A stretch of 64,000 nucleotides of DNA from Lama glama (GCA_028534125.1 CM052817.1:22322001-22386000), one strand, 5' to 3'. Numbered from the stretch's first letter, positions 25,112 to 38,380 are shown. The notes: generated by a model not told the origin, from the letters alone. Made by a program: numbers and translations.

Positions 25112-26247
25112 TAGTAATAATCAGGCAGAGATTGATCAGCTAATATTGATATAATACCTTTTGGAGAAAACAGATATTCAACTTTCCTAAAACTTCCTGA
25201 AATTCAAATTGATATGACTGTGATATACCCCTTCCTCAAAGAATTGCTTTGAGATTGAAATGGAATAATTTAGATTTATCAGTGTGACTTGAATTCCATT
25301 TTATGAAACCACTACATCATTTAAAGTAAATATGACTTTTTTTCCTTTTGATGAAATACCATATTGTTTGGCAATTCTGTGTTAGTGCAACTGCTCCATG
25401 GTGTCATATGATATGAAAACACCCTGTATATTTATACTCAATTATCTTTAAGAAACAGCTTTCATTTTCAGGTTGTAAAATAAGGCAAGAAAAAATGAAC
25501 AATAGAACATGACTTTTGGAAACTTGTTCAAGAAACATTTCCTTTTAGTTTCAATTACATTTCAATGGCCAGAACTGAGTCTCAGGGTCATCATAAGCCT
25601 CAAGCAAATCTAGGATGGTCAGTATTTTCAACTGGGCATAAAGCTCCCTCCCAAAATATTGGAGTACTATTGTTAAGATTAAAAGGGATAATGGATATTT
25701 CTTTGTCAAAAAGCAGTGTCTGTCTCCTTATGTTATTTTAAGTTTACCAACTTTAGCCACAGATTTTCCAAAAGTAAGTTGTAGATCTCGCATAGTACTT
25801 TTCAATCTAAGCAATAAACTCAGCTTTCTATGGTGAAATTTTGAATAGGATAGTTACAGACATTTTTATATGTGGTTCAGACATTTCCACTGAAACAAAT
25901 TCTAGCACTTGATATAAGGGAGATGGAAGAGCATTCACTGTAATATTGAGAAGGGAAGATGCATTAAAATTGGTGAATAATTTGTTCAGTTAATGACAAC
26001 CCACTTAAAGATGTAATTTTGGAGAAATAAAGATATATTTAGTTTTTTATTACAAATGTAATGCACAAATATTGCATGTTGCAAAAGTCATGTAATAACT
26101 ATACTCAGAAAATTGTAGATCTTTTCTAGTACTGTAACCATGTTAGTATTTAACCTAAGGGTTCTTGTCTGGAATAAGACTATTATTCTTAGTAATAATC
26201 AGGCAGAGATTGATCAGCTAATATTGATATAATATCTTTTGGAGAAA
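25112..26247 (+). repeat. Dispersed 58-bp direct duplication (25112-25169 and 26190-26247)
   Basis: TAGTAATAATCAGGCAGAGATTGATCAGCTAATATTGATATAATA(C/T)CTTTTGGAGAAA; 57/58 identical, 1078 bp apart. Confidence 0.95.
25540..25725 (-). mobile_element. Old MaLR (MLT1K/L-like) fragment
   Basis: TCAATGGCCAGAACTGAGTC...AACTGGGCATAAAGCT...AAAATATTGGAGTACTATTGTTAAG. Confidence 0.45.
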
Positions 26248-28159
26248 CTGATGCAAAAGACAAAAGGAAGAAAAAGGTATTTTCTAATTATTTAGCTGAA
26301 GATAGCTACAGGTTAACAGTAACAGAGGTAGTCTATTGGAATGGCTAAAACAAAACAAAACAGAACAGAACTTCACACATAAACAGACTGTCTTCACACC
26401 GTCTTCATTTACTTTTCACATCAAACACCCATTTGCAAGAAGCACATTTGGTATTAGTCTTGGTAAAGTCTTCGATGGACTTCTGTAGTAGGTGATTTTC
26501 CTCTTGGGGTGCATGCACCGTCCACTGTATTATTCTATTTTACCCACAGGAATACAAAAAGTAGAGTTGAATACATATAAGTCATACTTATATGGAGATT
26601 TGTCAAAACTCCTCATTTCTCCATCTTCTCATTGCCAAATCGAGACGTTAAAGCACACTATGTGACATTAACTATTGGAAAGCTTAACATATAGCGTCAT
26701 GTTCTTAATGTATCAAAAAAAGGATGCCCATTTACCCCTTTCCAGATTATATATTTTTGACACCCCAGAGGTATTGTGCTACAAATATGACAAGCTATAA
26801 CATACTGCAGACAGTGTCTTTCTTCAGAGCACAAAGAAATAACAAAGATCTCTTTTGTCCCCACATTTCTACTTGGAAATAATAGGTAAGGAAAGCTTTT
26901 TTTATTTTGTTATAATCTATGGCTCCAGTATAGCTGGAATTGCATTTACTATTTTTTTCTTCTTTACTTTTGTTAAAAGACCAATAGGTAGCAGACTTTA
27001 TTTGAGCTGTAGGGTTTTAGTAATAAATGTCTTTGTATGCCTCTTTCGACATTTACGACATGCCAAGTCAAACTAGTTTTATTAAAGCCTTCATGCTCAC
27101 TACTTTTATTTTATTCATGTGCTTCATTTTTATAATTTCAGAAGTCACCTATTTGGTAGAATTTCTTGAGCCATATCTAAACTGTTCAGTGTCATTTTTT
27201 GACTTTTGACTTGATGGGTTTTTTTATGATCTAGGATCAGGTGACAAATCACAAGAAGGTGTGCCACCCCCATTAGGATTTTCAGTTTTATGTAATTTTG
27301 ATACACTAGAATTACTTTCTGTTATTCTGAAAATGCCTAGCCATTCAGGCTCCCAGGGATTTTGTCAAGGACCAACAGTCACTCCCCAGTTTTCTGTTCT
27401 TACAACCAAGGGAGAATGACTCTGACACAACGGGATGGTGCTGTTACTGTTTGTGCTTTTGACTAAATTCGTAAATCAGCTCTGTCTCTCTCCCCTTCTC
27501 CCTCTCTCTCACTGTCTTTCTCTCTCTCTCATTCCATGGATTATAGTTCCACATCTGCAGTTGCATGTTAGAGATTTATAACAAACCCAGCACAATTTTT
27601 TTCCAAAACAATCCAAATTGAAACTCATTTTAAAACACTCCTGAGTCTATTCTTAATCCCATGTGTTTCTGTTTCTGTCGATGGAAGGAACGCCCATGAG
27701 TCAAAATCTCAGAGCTAACTCTGACTTTTTCCTTTACAGAGACTTTTAAAATCATCTGTGACATTATCTTCCACCATCCTCACATTCCCGTCTTTTCACA
27801 TGAGTTTTATCCAACTACATGCTGCTACTTGTAATATAGGTATGTGGACATAGAGACAAATAGTGAATTTTTAGTAAGAGACTGGGTTTGAATACAAATT
27901 TTGTTATTTATTATCCTTGCGATAAGCAAATTTACTTTGATTCTATGTAGAAAACTTTCCATGTTCTTTTTTTTATTCATATAAGAAGTATTTATTTTAT
28001 AGACAGATATACATTAAACCTATGGTCTATTCTGGGACATCCAATGAAGAGCAAATGGGCAAGGTTATTGCCTTCATGGATCTTACAGATAACAGGTAGG
28101 GGGATATTAAATAATCCTACCAAATTGCATAATCACAAAAGAAAAGTAAGTGCTATAAA

Positions 28160-28259
28160 NNNNNNNNNNNNNNNNNNNNNNNNNNNNNNNNNNNNNNNNN
28201 NNNNNNNNNNNNNNNNNNNNNNNNNNNNNNNNNNNNNNNNNNNNNNNNNNNNNNNNNNN
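28160..28259. other. Assembly gap (100 N, unknown true size)
   Basis: Exactly 100 consecutive N. Confidence 1.
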
Positions 28260-28626
28260 GAAAAAAAAATCAATACATTTCACACCTACACTGATTAAGC
28301 ACTATATTTAGCAACAAAGTCATGATTATTTTTTATGACTAATAGTTTTGGAAACCAAATTGTTCAATGCATCATCAGGTTCTCTGCATTGTAAAAATCA
28401 GATTGAGTCAAATGACACTTCTACTCTTTCCCTCTGTGTTCCACATTTTTCTAAAAATCATTCTTGTGATAACGACTCTCAAACTTCTGTAATTGTATGT
28501 ATTAATGATTCCTTTTGTCATCACTAATTCTGTTCACTCTCAGAAATATTTACATGTTTTCTAAAAAAATTTGTAAACTATTCTTAGTTACATGCATTTC
28601 ACCTCCAATGTCATACTTTTTAACTA

Positions 28627-28718
28627 CTTTTTTTATTGAAGTACCATCAGTTAAAATGTGTCAATTTCTTGTGTACAGCATAGCGTCCCAGTTATGCGTA
28701 TACACGCATATTCATTTA
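28627..28718 (-). mobile_element. Short camelid-type L1 3' end
   Basis: TTTTTTTATTGAAGTACCATCAGTTAAAATGTGTCAATTTCTTGTGTACAGCATAG. Confidence 0.75.
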
Positions 28719-30759
28719 CTTTCTTATAAAATTTTTCAGATTTCTATCTTTACTTGTAAATATCTTTAACTCCTTAAATATTTGTATTGTATTTTACAAA
28801 CACTATATATACCCTATATTTCCAAAATTAAATAGATAACTGCAGCTACCAAAATTTGATTTCCAAACACTATGCTTTTAGTATAATTTAGGAGCATGTG
28901 CATTCCCAATAGATGTCAGAAATAACTGAGTGCAAAGAGCAGCAAAGACATACAGAATAACTTCAAGATATATGTCTGTGTGTGCTGTTGCCTACTTTTT
29001 CTAGAAGACAAATATATTTAATCACTTAAATGCAATGAGTTTGCAATTTTTTAAATGCAATAATTAAAAACTATCTCTGAATTTATAAACTCAATCTTAA
29101 AAGTAAGCTTGAAAAATGCTATACTTAGTTTTATTTATGAAAAGACTGATTTTTTTTGTTCCTTTTTTTTTTTTTAAGGAGGAAGTGAGGAGGAAGCTGT
29201 GTCTTTCTCTCTTTGCTCATGCAATTATCCAGGAGGATGCAGTGCCCACAGATCTGTAGAGTGCTGAGCCATTAGTATTTTTGTCTTTTATGCAGCATCA
29301 ATTACATCAGCTAGCATAACGTAAGCTCCCCTGGAATCAGCCAGTTTCTTCAAAAATCACACGGTTCACTGTACGGAGCAGTGGATTAAGCTTGAAGCTG
29401 CTCTGGCCTTCATCCTGGATTTGTCACCCTTGCTCTTTGACTCATTCAGGTCCAGTCACAACGTCCACTTGCTTCAACATCCACAGCCGTAGAAAGGAAC
29501 TGCTCTTATAGATGCTTTATATATGATATGAACATTCTGAGCTGATGGTAGAGTCAGCCCGTCATCTTTGCAACATCATGTTTAACACTCAAGTAATACT
29601 TCTGATACAAATTTATATAAACTGTTTTTAGCCTAAAATTAAATAAACTCAAGTAATAAAGAGAAGCTTGCTTACTAAATATGACTTTAGTCCAAAAGCG
29701 ACTTTCCTTTGAAAGCTCTTAACTGTATTAAAACAATTAATAGGCTCTTTGGTATGATTTTGATGTTTGGATGAAAACAAATATTGATTGTAGTTTTGTC
29801 AAGTATTAGGTTAATGGTTTAAATATGGGAAACCATAGTTTCCTGTTATTCTTAAAAGGAAAAATAAAACAAGTTAGGAGCACTTACTATTTTTCCTATG
29901 ATCTCATAGATGGCAACTTATAAAATGAAGAATTGAAATACAACACTTTCTGAGTCAAGAGCCTATGATATGTGTGCTTTCCAAATAAATTACTAGTTTA
30001 AGTTGGTTTAAGTTGGACAGATTTTTGCTTCTTTTCCATTGAAATATATTACCCATTCTTATACTATTCTTCAGTATACAACATAAACGTAGATTTTCAG
30101 GGTCTAACTAACACATAGTTTAGTAATTACATGTAATTTTTCACATTTCAGTAGTAACTTCATTTTTATGATCATGAATATGCATTTAAATACCACAGCT
30201 AAAATTTTCAGAATTTCTCCTCTTCTAAGATTTTGTGTCTATTGATTCTCATTCTTAACCACAGAGCCTGCAGGGTGACAAAATTGTCTTACGATATCAT
30301 GTTGAAGCTGAACAGTACCACCAGACTTGATAACATAAAGTGCAAGCAGGACCATAGTTGAGAAAGATTAATTACTACTTCCCCCTCTAGTCTTAGTTTT
30401 TGTGCTTCCTGCTATTCCCATTGACTGTGGAATAAAATGTTACCTCCTCCTAGGACATACAAAGCCCTTTATTAACTGGTCTTCATCTTCCCTTACATCT
30501 TATATTTGCCCCCTTCTGCCCTATATTATAATCCAGTAAGCCTAAACTGCATATGTTTTCCAGAGGAGCCCATGATGTTTCTGGTTTGCTGATGCATTTG
30601 GCTGTCACAGGGGGATTGTACCAGGCGTATTTACCAGGAGGTTGGGAATCTTGGCAGCTGTTTTAGAATCCTACTTACTTCACTTTACCATTAGGATAGA
30701 CTATATAAGAGATGAAACAAAGTATTCCACCTAAGGCAAAAACCTGTTATTTAGGGTGT

Positions 30760-31162
30760 CTGATGGAGGCACATGCCCCTGCTCCTCCAGGAGAAAATAC
30801 CTTCCAGTAAGATCCGTCTCTATTGTGTAGCCATCAGCCCAGGGGTTTTTGGTGAGAACCTTTCTCTCTCTCTCCTACCCTTTTTTTTTTTTTAAATTGA
30901 AGTATAGTCATACATGGGGGAGAAAGGGTGGGAAGGGATATATTGGGAGTTTGAGATTTGCAGATACTAACTACTATATATAAAATAGATAAACAACCAG
31001 TTTCTCCTACCATTTTGATGTAGTCATTTTTCTTTGTTGTGGAAGCTGGTAGGTGTTCAGCTAGTTCTCAGTTCTTTCCAGAGGGAACTAGTCCATATGC
31101 AGGTGTTTACCTGTTGTGTCTACGGGAGGAGGCACACGAGGTCTTCCTGTGGCATCATCGAA
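30760..31162 (-). mobile_element. L1 5' UTR fragment (older laurasiatherian L1) hosting a younger L1 insert
   Basis: TGTGTCTACGGGAGGAGGCACACGAGGTCTTCCTGTGGCATCATC is the reverse complement of the typical AAGATGGCGG..GACCCTGAGCTCACCTCCTCCC L1 start; left boundary uncertain. Confidence 0.6.
30885..31002 (-). mobile_element. 5'-inverted (twin-primed) short L1 insertion
   Basis: Poly(T)+AAATTGAAGTATAGTCA (antisense 3' end) then sense 3'UTR GGGAAGGGATATATTGGGAGTTTGAGATTTGCAGATAC; TSD TCTCCTACC(C/A)TTTT at 30871-30884 and 31003-31016. Confidence 0.85.
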
Positions 31163-32166
31163 AAAGGTCTTCTTAGTTCTTTGTGTTTAACAAATGCCTA
31201 TCAAACAATATTTTTATTGATGGTTAGGTTTCTCTTACATTTGATACACCATACAAAAATTCAATCATTTATTTTTAAAAGCTTACAGAGTTCTTACAAT
31301 TTTAATTGCTTGAACTTTCTAAAAAGAAACTGAAGGTACTAGTGACTTTGGTGACATTTAATTTAATATGAAAGGAAGGTAGATTCTTTCTACTCGCTGT
31401 TTCTTTCAAAAGGGCAAAATCATTCCAGCAATATCTAATTTTCAATTCAAAAATATCGTTCTTGCCAAACAGATTTGAGCTTTCAGCGGATAAGATGTTT
31501 TATTAAATCACCTGAGTCATTAATAAAATTTCACCAAGTCTTGACAGTCCCCTTTGATGTGCTATTCTTAAATAATGCACTTCCTTTCAAATAGTTTAAA
31601 TGGCTCTGAAGCTAATAATCATGTAGAATACCCTCCTAGTCTCACACAAAGAAGTATTTCAAAAGGAGTAACACAGGTCAAGTGTACTGAAATCTTGTAC
31701 TGTGCATGTATGTTTTCTAACTCTAAAGCAAATGATACCATTTTACTTAGTATCAACCGAATATTTGTAAAGTCGTCAATGTTTGATTTCAAAGACAAAT
31801 AGAAACTGATAGTGAACATTTCAAGATTTAAAACTCTATATTTGTTATTAGTTCTATAGTTTTATCTCTTTCCCTCCAAATCTTCAAAATAATATGGTAG
31901 TGATAAGATATAAAATACTGATTCAACTGTTCACCTAAACGGAAAAGAACCCTTTTGAAATTTGAATTGCAATGATTTTAGCTCAAATATGAAAAAGAGT
32001 TCAGGAAGATCATCCAATGATGTCTGCCTGAGACTTAGATGCTGTATTTTGCTGTGTAATGTCCAGGAAAGAGCACATTAGTGATCTGCAAGAAAAGGAA
32101 ACGGGGTAGTCACAAGGATATTTCCTGGGACCACATATACAAGTGACTTTGGTCATGTTGATTTTT

Positions 32167-32330
32167 TTGTTTGTTTGTTTTACTTGAAGTATTGTCAATT
32201 ATAATGTATCAGTTTCTGGTGTTCTGTTTTAGTCATACATATATACATATACATAGATTCATTTTCATGTTCTTTTTCATTGTAGATTACTAGAAGATAC
32301 TGAACATAGTTCCCTGTGCTATACAGAAGA
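32167..32330 (-). mobile_element. 5'-truncated camelid-type L1 3' end
   Basis: Perfect 17-bp TSD TGGTCATGTTGATTTTT at 32150-32166 and 32331-32347; TTTT/GA endonuclease-type site; ATAGTTCCCTGTGCTATACAG motif. Confidence 0.9.
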
Positions 32331-32569
32331 TGGTCATGTTGATTTTTGAGGCAAACAGTCATTTTTGGTCTCATTGGAATATGATGGTGCTACATATGTT
32401 AAAGTCCACTAGTTAAACATGACTTAGGACTAGATATTCTGAGCATACGGACTATATACTCTTAGTATGAACTTAGCACAAAATTAATTCTGTAGAGCCT
32501 GCCTTTGTGGAGAAGATTTAGACTGCCTGACCACCTGACTAGAAATATTAAATAAGCTAGCATTTATGG

Positions 32570-32770
32570 AAGGCTCATAAACCAGCGTTGTGTTAGTGTT
32601 TTTCATGTATTGTCTCATTAATGCGTAAAATTCCATGAGGGAAGTAGTAGTATTATTCCTAATTTTATAGATAGGGACTGTAATGTAACAAAATGTACAA
32701 AAACTATCACATTTAGCTAGTTTTACAGGTAGCATTTGAACTGTGCATCATCTCCCTTCTAAGAACATAC
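32570..32770 (-). mobile_element. MIR SINE
   Basis: TAGTATTATTCCTAATTTTATAGATAGGGACTG core. Confidence 0.55.
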
Positions 32771-34384
32771 ATGAACTTAATACAGAAAGCATATTTGTGA
32801 GAAGCAACAAATAAGAGAAAATATAGGGATAAGTGTTGACTCCATTTAATAAGAACAACCTGGAAGCAAGTATTTCCTGCAGGGATCAATTCTCCTTCTG
32901 CAGGATGCAGAGAAAGAATCAGGCATCGTGGGGACCCTATAACTCCCCCTAATCAAAACACAAAAAGAAAACCACGCAAGATTTTCCTTCAGCTGGATCA
33001 GAACAGATCCTTGAACCTGGTAAACACTTGCATCTCCAGGGAGGAATATGTTTGTTCTACTCTGAATCACCTATTTGATGTTGTCTTATCTTTTGGAGTT
33101 TCATTCAACCAGACTGGAGTTGTTTACCAACCTTACCACATTTTCTATCCACATTAGAAAGGCCTAAAATAATATTCCAATATTACCCAGAGTAGTCAAT
33201 GCGGTGCTGTATTGTTTTCCCGCATTTGAATGTCTGAAAGACCTAGCCAATCCACTGAGTATATTCATATGAGGATTTTACTTAAATGTAAAACATGTAG
33301 AACAAGAGGAGTAGATTTCAGGCAAGCATAATAGGTCTGAGAGACAATCTTTGTGCACTTGAACTGTACTGAGTCTCTGGCTGAAATGACAACTTTGTGT
33401 GAGAAATCTTAGCTTCAGGAGAGCAACCTGAAGAAACTCCTAAGTAGTTCTTTAAGAAGTCAAACTAGGGTTGTCAAACTATTTGAGCTCATTGCACCGT
33501 TGGTACGGAAGCTAACCCCGAGTGGAGCAGGGTCACCAGGAGAGTTTCTGACTTTAAACAGCACATCATAAATGTCATTGCCTTTGTTTCAGGCAAGAGT
33601 CAAAAAATTAGGCATCTCCAGAGATGAGAGAAAGCTTTGCCATTCTAGCTGTAAATTAGCTCTCCTTAGGGGTCCAGCCCTGTATTCTGAAGCCATGTGA
33701 CAAATTTATTTATTTAAGATTGGACTGTATCTTAAGAGTTATTTAAATTCAATAATCTCTACATTTAAGACCTTTGAGAATTCCAGGCCTGAGTGTGGAA
33801 AAACTTTGAGTCACATAGTTAACAGAAGGTCATAGACTTGTGGATGGCTCTTGTTTATCTTATGGGCCTAATTGATATTGTATCACTGTATTTGAAACAT
33901 GGATCACACATGTGGACTCTACTATGATTCTAAAATACAATATGTAGGCTCAGAGTTGAAAGATCAATTAGATACTTATTTGATCTAACTGAGCATAAGA
34001 GTTAGGAATAATGTTTTTAAAGACATTGAAAAATACATTTGGCTGAAATTCCAAACCGCCTGTTGTACCTCCCAAGAAAAATCCCAGACTTAAGTTCAAA
34101 TATTTAACAAGCCACCAACTTCTTGCTTTCTGTATATTCTTACATTTTCAGCTTCAGTTTAAATATATTAATAGTAAAATTGTCATGTGGTCATAACCAA
34201 AAGCAAGCACAAACCTACAACTCAGCAGGAAATATTCAAAAGCAGTCTAAATGATTATCTTTCTCAAAATGTGAAGTTAATTATAGCAGGCCAAAAAGGA
34301 TAGTAATCTCATTGCTATTTGGGTAAAATTTAACTATAGACCAGTCTTTATGAACTGTTAGTAGGCTGACATATAGTTAAATCG

Positions 34385-34670
34385 GGGTTTACAAACATTG
34401 AAGAAGGGAGTTACAAATATGGAAAAAGAGAAGACTAGAATAAACTCTGTTGCATGATATGGACTGAAGGAATCAACACAAATGTGTCAGCTATAATACA
34501 GCTGATAGGTATAGAAACAGACACAGACATACGTGTGTGTGTTGTTTTCTGCCTCCATCTGCTAAGAGAACTTGGGAGTAAAGAAACTGATACGATGAGC
34601 ACACCGAGTCCACAGATCTTGGTTTCTACATATCATTCTCCAGGGCTCCTTGGAGAAATGGCTGATGTGA
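34385..34670 (+). mobile_element. L1MC3/L1MD-like 3' UTR fragment
   Basis: GGAGTTACAAATATGGAAAAAGAGAAGACTAGAATAAAC and CAGATCTTGGTTTCTA...GGGCTCCTTGGAGAAATGGCTGAT. Confidence 0.7.
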
Positions 34671-34794
34671 AATATCTACACAAACAAACACAGATTCATT
34701 TTCAAAAGGAAGAAATAAAGGATTAGAGAGGTTATGTCATGTACATAAAGACACAAGCAAGCAAGTGTCAAAGAGAGCACAGACTTCTGGTGAA

Positions 34795-35030
34795 AGGGTA
34801 AATGCTGGACCAGACTATCTGGGGTAAGGTCCCAGCATACTTCACTTACCAACTTTATGACCATGCGCAAGTCTGTCAGTCACTAGACCTTAATTTCCTA
34901 GGCAATAAATCTGTATAACAATAATAATATGTACCTCCTAAGTGGTGTTACTGTGAGGAACTAAATGAGATAATATTGAAAAACACTGCACATTGTAATT
35001 ACTGCATGTATTTACTTTTTAATTGCTATC
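34795..35030 (+). mobile_element. MIR SINE
   Basis: CCAGACTATCTGGGG...TGACCATGCGCAAGT...ATGTACCTCCTAAGTGGTGTTACTGTGAGGAACTAAATGAGATAAT. Confidence 0.7.
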
Positions 35031-36777
35031 ATAATTTTTATTTTAATGATTATTTTTATTATATGAAACCATGTCTCCCTGACTTTACAATGCTCCCACT
35101 TTCTGAGAAAAGATAAAAATTGGAGCAAGTATATTACAGTGATGAAAGCTATATCAGAAAATAGATTTAAAAACCTCATAGTGTATTTGTGAGACAGTAA
35201 GGATGGTGACCTAATACTATGAAGGGTAAGAATTGGAGAAGAATGAGAAACATGGTTTGACAGATATGTTGAGACTAGATTATACTGATCAGTGAGATTG
35301 AAGTGCATATGACTTTTGAAAGAGTATTTTGGGGGGAGTTTATGTTTGCTTCAGTATGCAGGATGCTTTGTGTGAAGGGAAGAAAAGAATTGCCTTTATG
35401 CTATAGATGGGTAAAAATTGCCACTGGATAGTTAATATTGCCTAAGTTGTATTGGAAAAAATGAAAGAAGACATCATAAATTCAAAATAATTGGAGATGA
35501 ATTCAAATACAAAATAGGAACATGTTGTAACTGTAGAATATATAAATTTAATTAAATTTAGCTTTAAATAGTAACTTAAATTAGTTTAATAAATGATTTC
35601 ACATAGAGGCTCTGTAGGAAGTGACTTTAATTGATACATGTCTAATTTGTAGTTATTAGAAATCCATTGTTTCGTATAAATAATTGATGTGCTAAAATTA
35701 TTTTAAGCTTTCTCCTGCTACATATTTTTACCTGTCTCCTTTGGACTCTTTATTCTGTTAGTTTACTTAGCTGTTTTTTCTTTTTCTGGTGGCAATGCAA
35801 GGAAAACTCTACAAAGACGAGTCAAGTGATCAAAAATTGGTGGAATTATTTCACTACAGTTTCATCTTTAAAAAGCTAGAGATGACAACACAATATTCAT
35901 TTGTATTCTACCTTTCATCAATTTTTCCTTCTCCATTTTCTCCTGGTACAATGCAAATTCCAAAAATATTAAGACAAGGGAAAAGGAAGAAGTGAAGGTT
36001 AGAAATAATGAGCAAAATGGCAATCACTCCTGGATAATTGAGAGTGAAATCTACATCACTGGTAAAGTAAGGGACGACATCATTATCCCCATATTGCTGT
36101 GAAAATATGTGTGGATCAGTAAGCAGTACTGCTCCTTCTACTTATTAATGAATGAACCACTGGTCTCTAGAAGAGCATAGCTAAATTTGGGGGCTTAATG
36201 AAGGTTTAAATGGGAATGAAACTTACCAAACCTTGCATGTGAAACTTCACTTGACCCAGAAGCACTGCTCCTAATTCTGCAAAGTCAACAAAAGTGATGA
36301 AAATGGGAAGGAATGCATTACTAAACACAATTTGGCCCATTAGTTTTTGGCAATTCCTGTTCTATTTCAATCTTCTTTTTACAATAGATGTAATGTGGAA
36401 AGCATTGCTAATTAAAGGATACTATAGTAACCAGATTCTCAAAAAGGACCACCATAGAGTTAGAAGGAAAAAAAAAACCTCTAAAAAGGATGGCACATAG
36501 CTATTATAATAAAAAACAGGGCCTATTTCTAAAAATAAATTGCAAATACTAATCCAATAGTATAGTCATTCCTAAGAGTGATTATGGTTTTCCAAGTGTT
36601 GTGACACCTATAATGCCCCATGTCATACTCTCTTATTTTCACTCTATTGTAGTCCTCAGAAAAATGAGTTTGATCAATTCCCCAGTTCCAACTATAAATG
36701 CAAATGCAATGTAAGAAATATCGGATCTGCTGGAAACTTTTAGTTGCCCTTGCAATGACTCATAAAACTATGAACTC

Positions 36778-37044
36778 CATTCATGTCGATGGGCGTTTAG
36801 GTTATTTCCAAGTTTTGGCTATTGTAAACAGTGCTGCTATGAACATTGGGGTGCATATATCTTTTTGAGTTATAGTTTGTTGTTTATACAAGGAACACAA
36901 GGAACTGTATTCAATATCTTGTAATAACCTATAATAGAAAGAATCTGAAAAAGAATATATATATGTATATGTATTATTGAATCACTTTGCTATATACTTG
37001 AAACTAACACAATATGGTAAATTGACTATATTTCAATAAAAAAA
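36778..37044 (+). mobile_element. 5'-inverted (twin-primed) L1 insertion
   Basis: 36778-36878 is antisense ORF2 C-terminus (GGCTATTGTAAACAGTGCTGCTATGAACATTGGGGTGCAT); ~36885-37044 is sense 3'UTR ending TCAATAAAAAAA; TSD core ATGAACTC at 36770-36777 and 37045-37052. Confidence 0.85.
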
Positions 37045-38129
37045 ATGAACTCTAATCACCATCGGCATTATTACCTGTAGGGTGTATGTGTATGTACCTC
37101 CAGCTAGGATGATATAATTTATTTAAAACACTAAGTCACTTCATGTAGTCTTCTACTTTTAAGTATTTTTTTCTGTCATGTTTAATAAGAACCATTCAAA
37201 AATCACCTGCACTGTGAACATACTTTTTAAGAAAGTCATTTGGGATAGAGAAGGAAATTTGCTTTGATCAGTGCTGAGCGGTCGAGCAAAGCAATGAGTA
37301 TAATTTTGAAGTAGTGTTGAGAAATGCAATCTAAGAAAGAATGGTTTTGATAATTTTGGCAGAAAGTGAGATCAATTTCTACTTCTAAAATGGAAATGAG
37401 TATCTTACTTGATATCTTGAGTCATTTCCTGGGATCCAACTGTTTTTAAAGCTTTGGCTCAGTCCCGTCCCATCCCATCCTTCCTCCCCCAACCCCAACT
37501 CATTAATGAGTGATCCAGATGCTGGACCAGGCTTGGGAACAGCAAAGTGATAAATCAGGCTTTCTTTTAGAAGAACCTCGTCAAGTCATCCAGAAAACAA
37601 CAAAAAGCCTCCGACAGAACTGTCACAAAAAAGTGGGATAAACGTGACGCTATTATTAGTTACAAGGTGTTAGGGGAGCATGGGTGTGTGGCACTAACCA
37701 AGATGCTATAGGAATTCAATGGGGAACCATAAACCTGAAGCTTGGTGAGCAACTAGAAGTCAAAGATAGGAGCGAAACAAGGAAGAACTCTATGCAAAAC
37801 TGCCTTGTGCAAAAGATCTGGGACAGGAGAAAGAATGGTATGTGATGAACATTAAAAAGAATTTCTTGGCTGGAGGATAGGAGCATTTTCGTGTGTATTA
37901 CCATATGTGGTTTTCAAAATAAACTCACTAGGTAGAAAGGTTTCGTTTTTGTTTTTCCCTTTTTCATGTAATAAAACAATTCTGGGAAGGATTTGAATGT
38001 TACAAAACTCTTAAAAGCTAATAGTGGATTTGAATTCATTTTCTTCGATTAATTGGAAACCTTCGAAGTATGGTAATAAATACTAAGTCACAGCAAGGAG
38101 GATTCTGCAACATAGCCTAAGACATAGTA

Positions 38130-38380
38130 ATAAGAGTTGATACTTAACATGATTGTCAGGTGCCCATAAGGGATTTCTCTGTGTTGTTCTAACCTCATCA
38201 AATCCTTACCATCTATGATCTAAGTACTGCCATTACCACCATCTTGTGGATCAGGAAACCAAGATAGAGAAAGATAAACCTTCACTAATTTCTCATGGCT
38301 AAATAATTGATAAAACTAAGGCATGAATCCAGGCGGTCTGTTTCCAAACTCCACACTCTTAATTGCTAAACCATTGCATC
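38130..38380 (-). mobile_element. MIR SINE
   Basis: CATCTTGTGGATCAGGAAACCAAGATAGAG...GAATCCAGGCGGTCTGTTTCCAAACTCCACACTCTTAA. Confidence 0.65.

Noticed and set aside
25112..26247. 58-bp direct repeats as LTRs of a small retroelement or a CRISPR-like unit
   Set aside because: No TG..CA termini, PBS, PPT or TSD; only two copies and the spacer contains an old MaLR fragment.
26400..26560. Short minus-strand open frames in unique sequence
   Set aside because: About 40 codons or fewer, no convincing splice sites and no recognisable protein.
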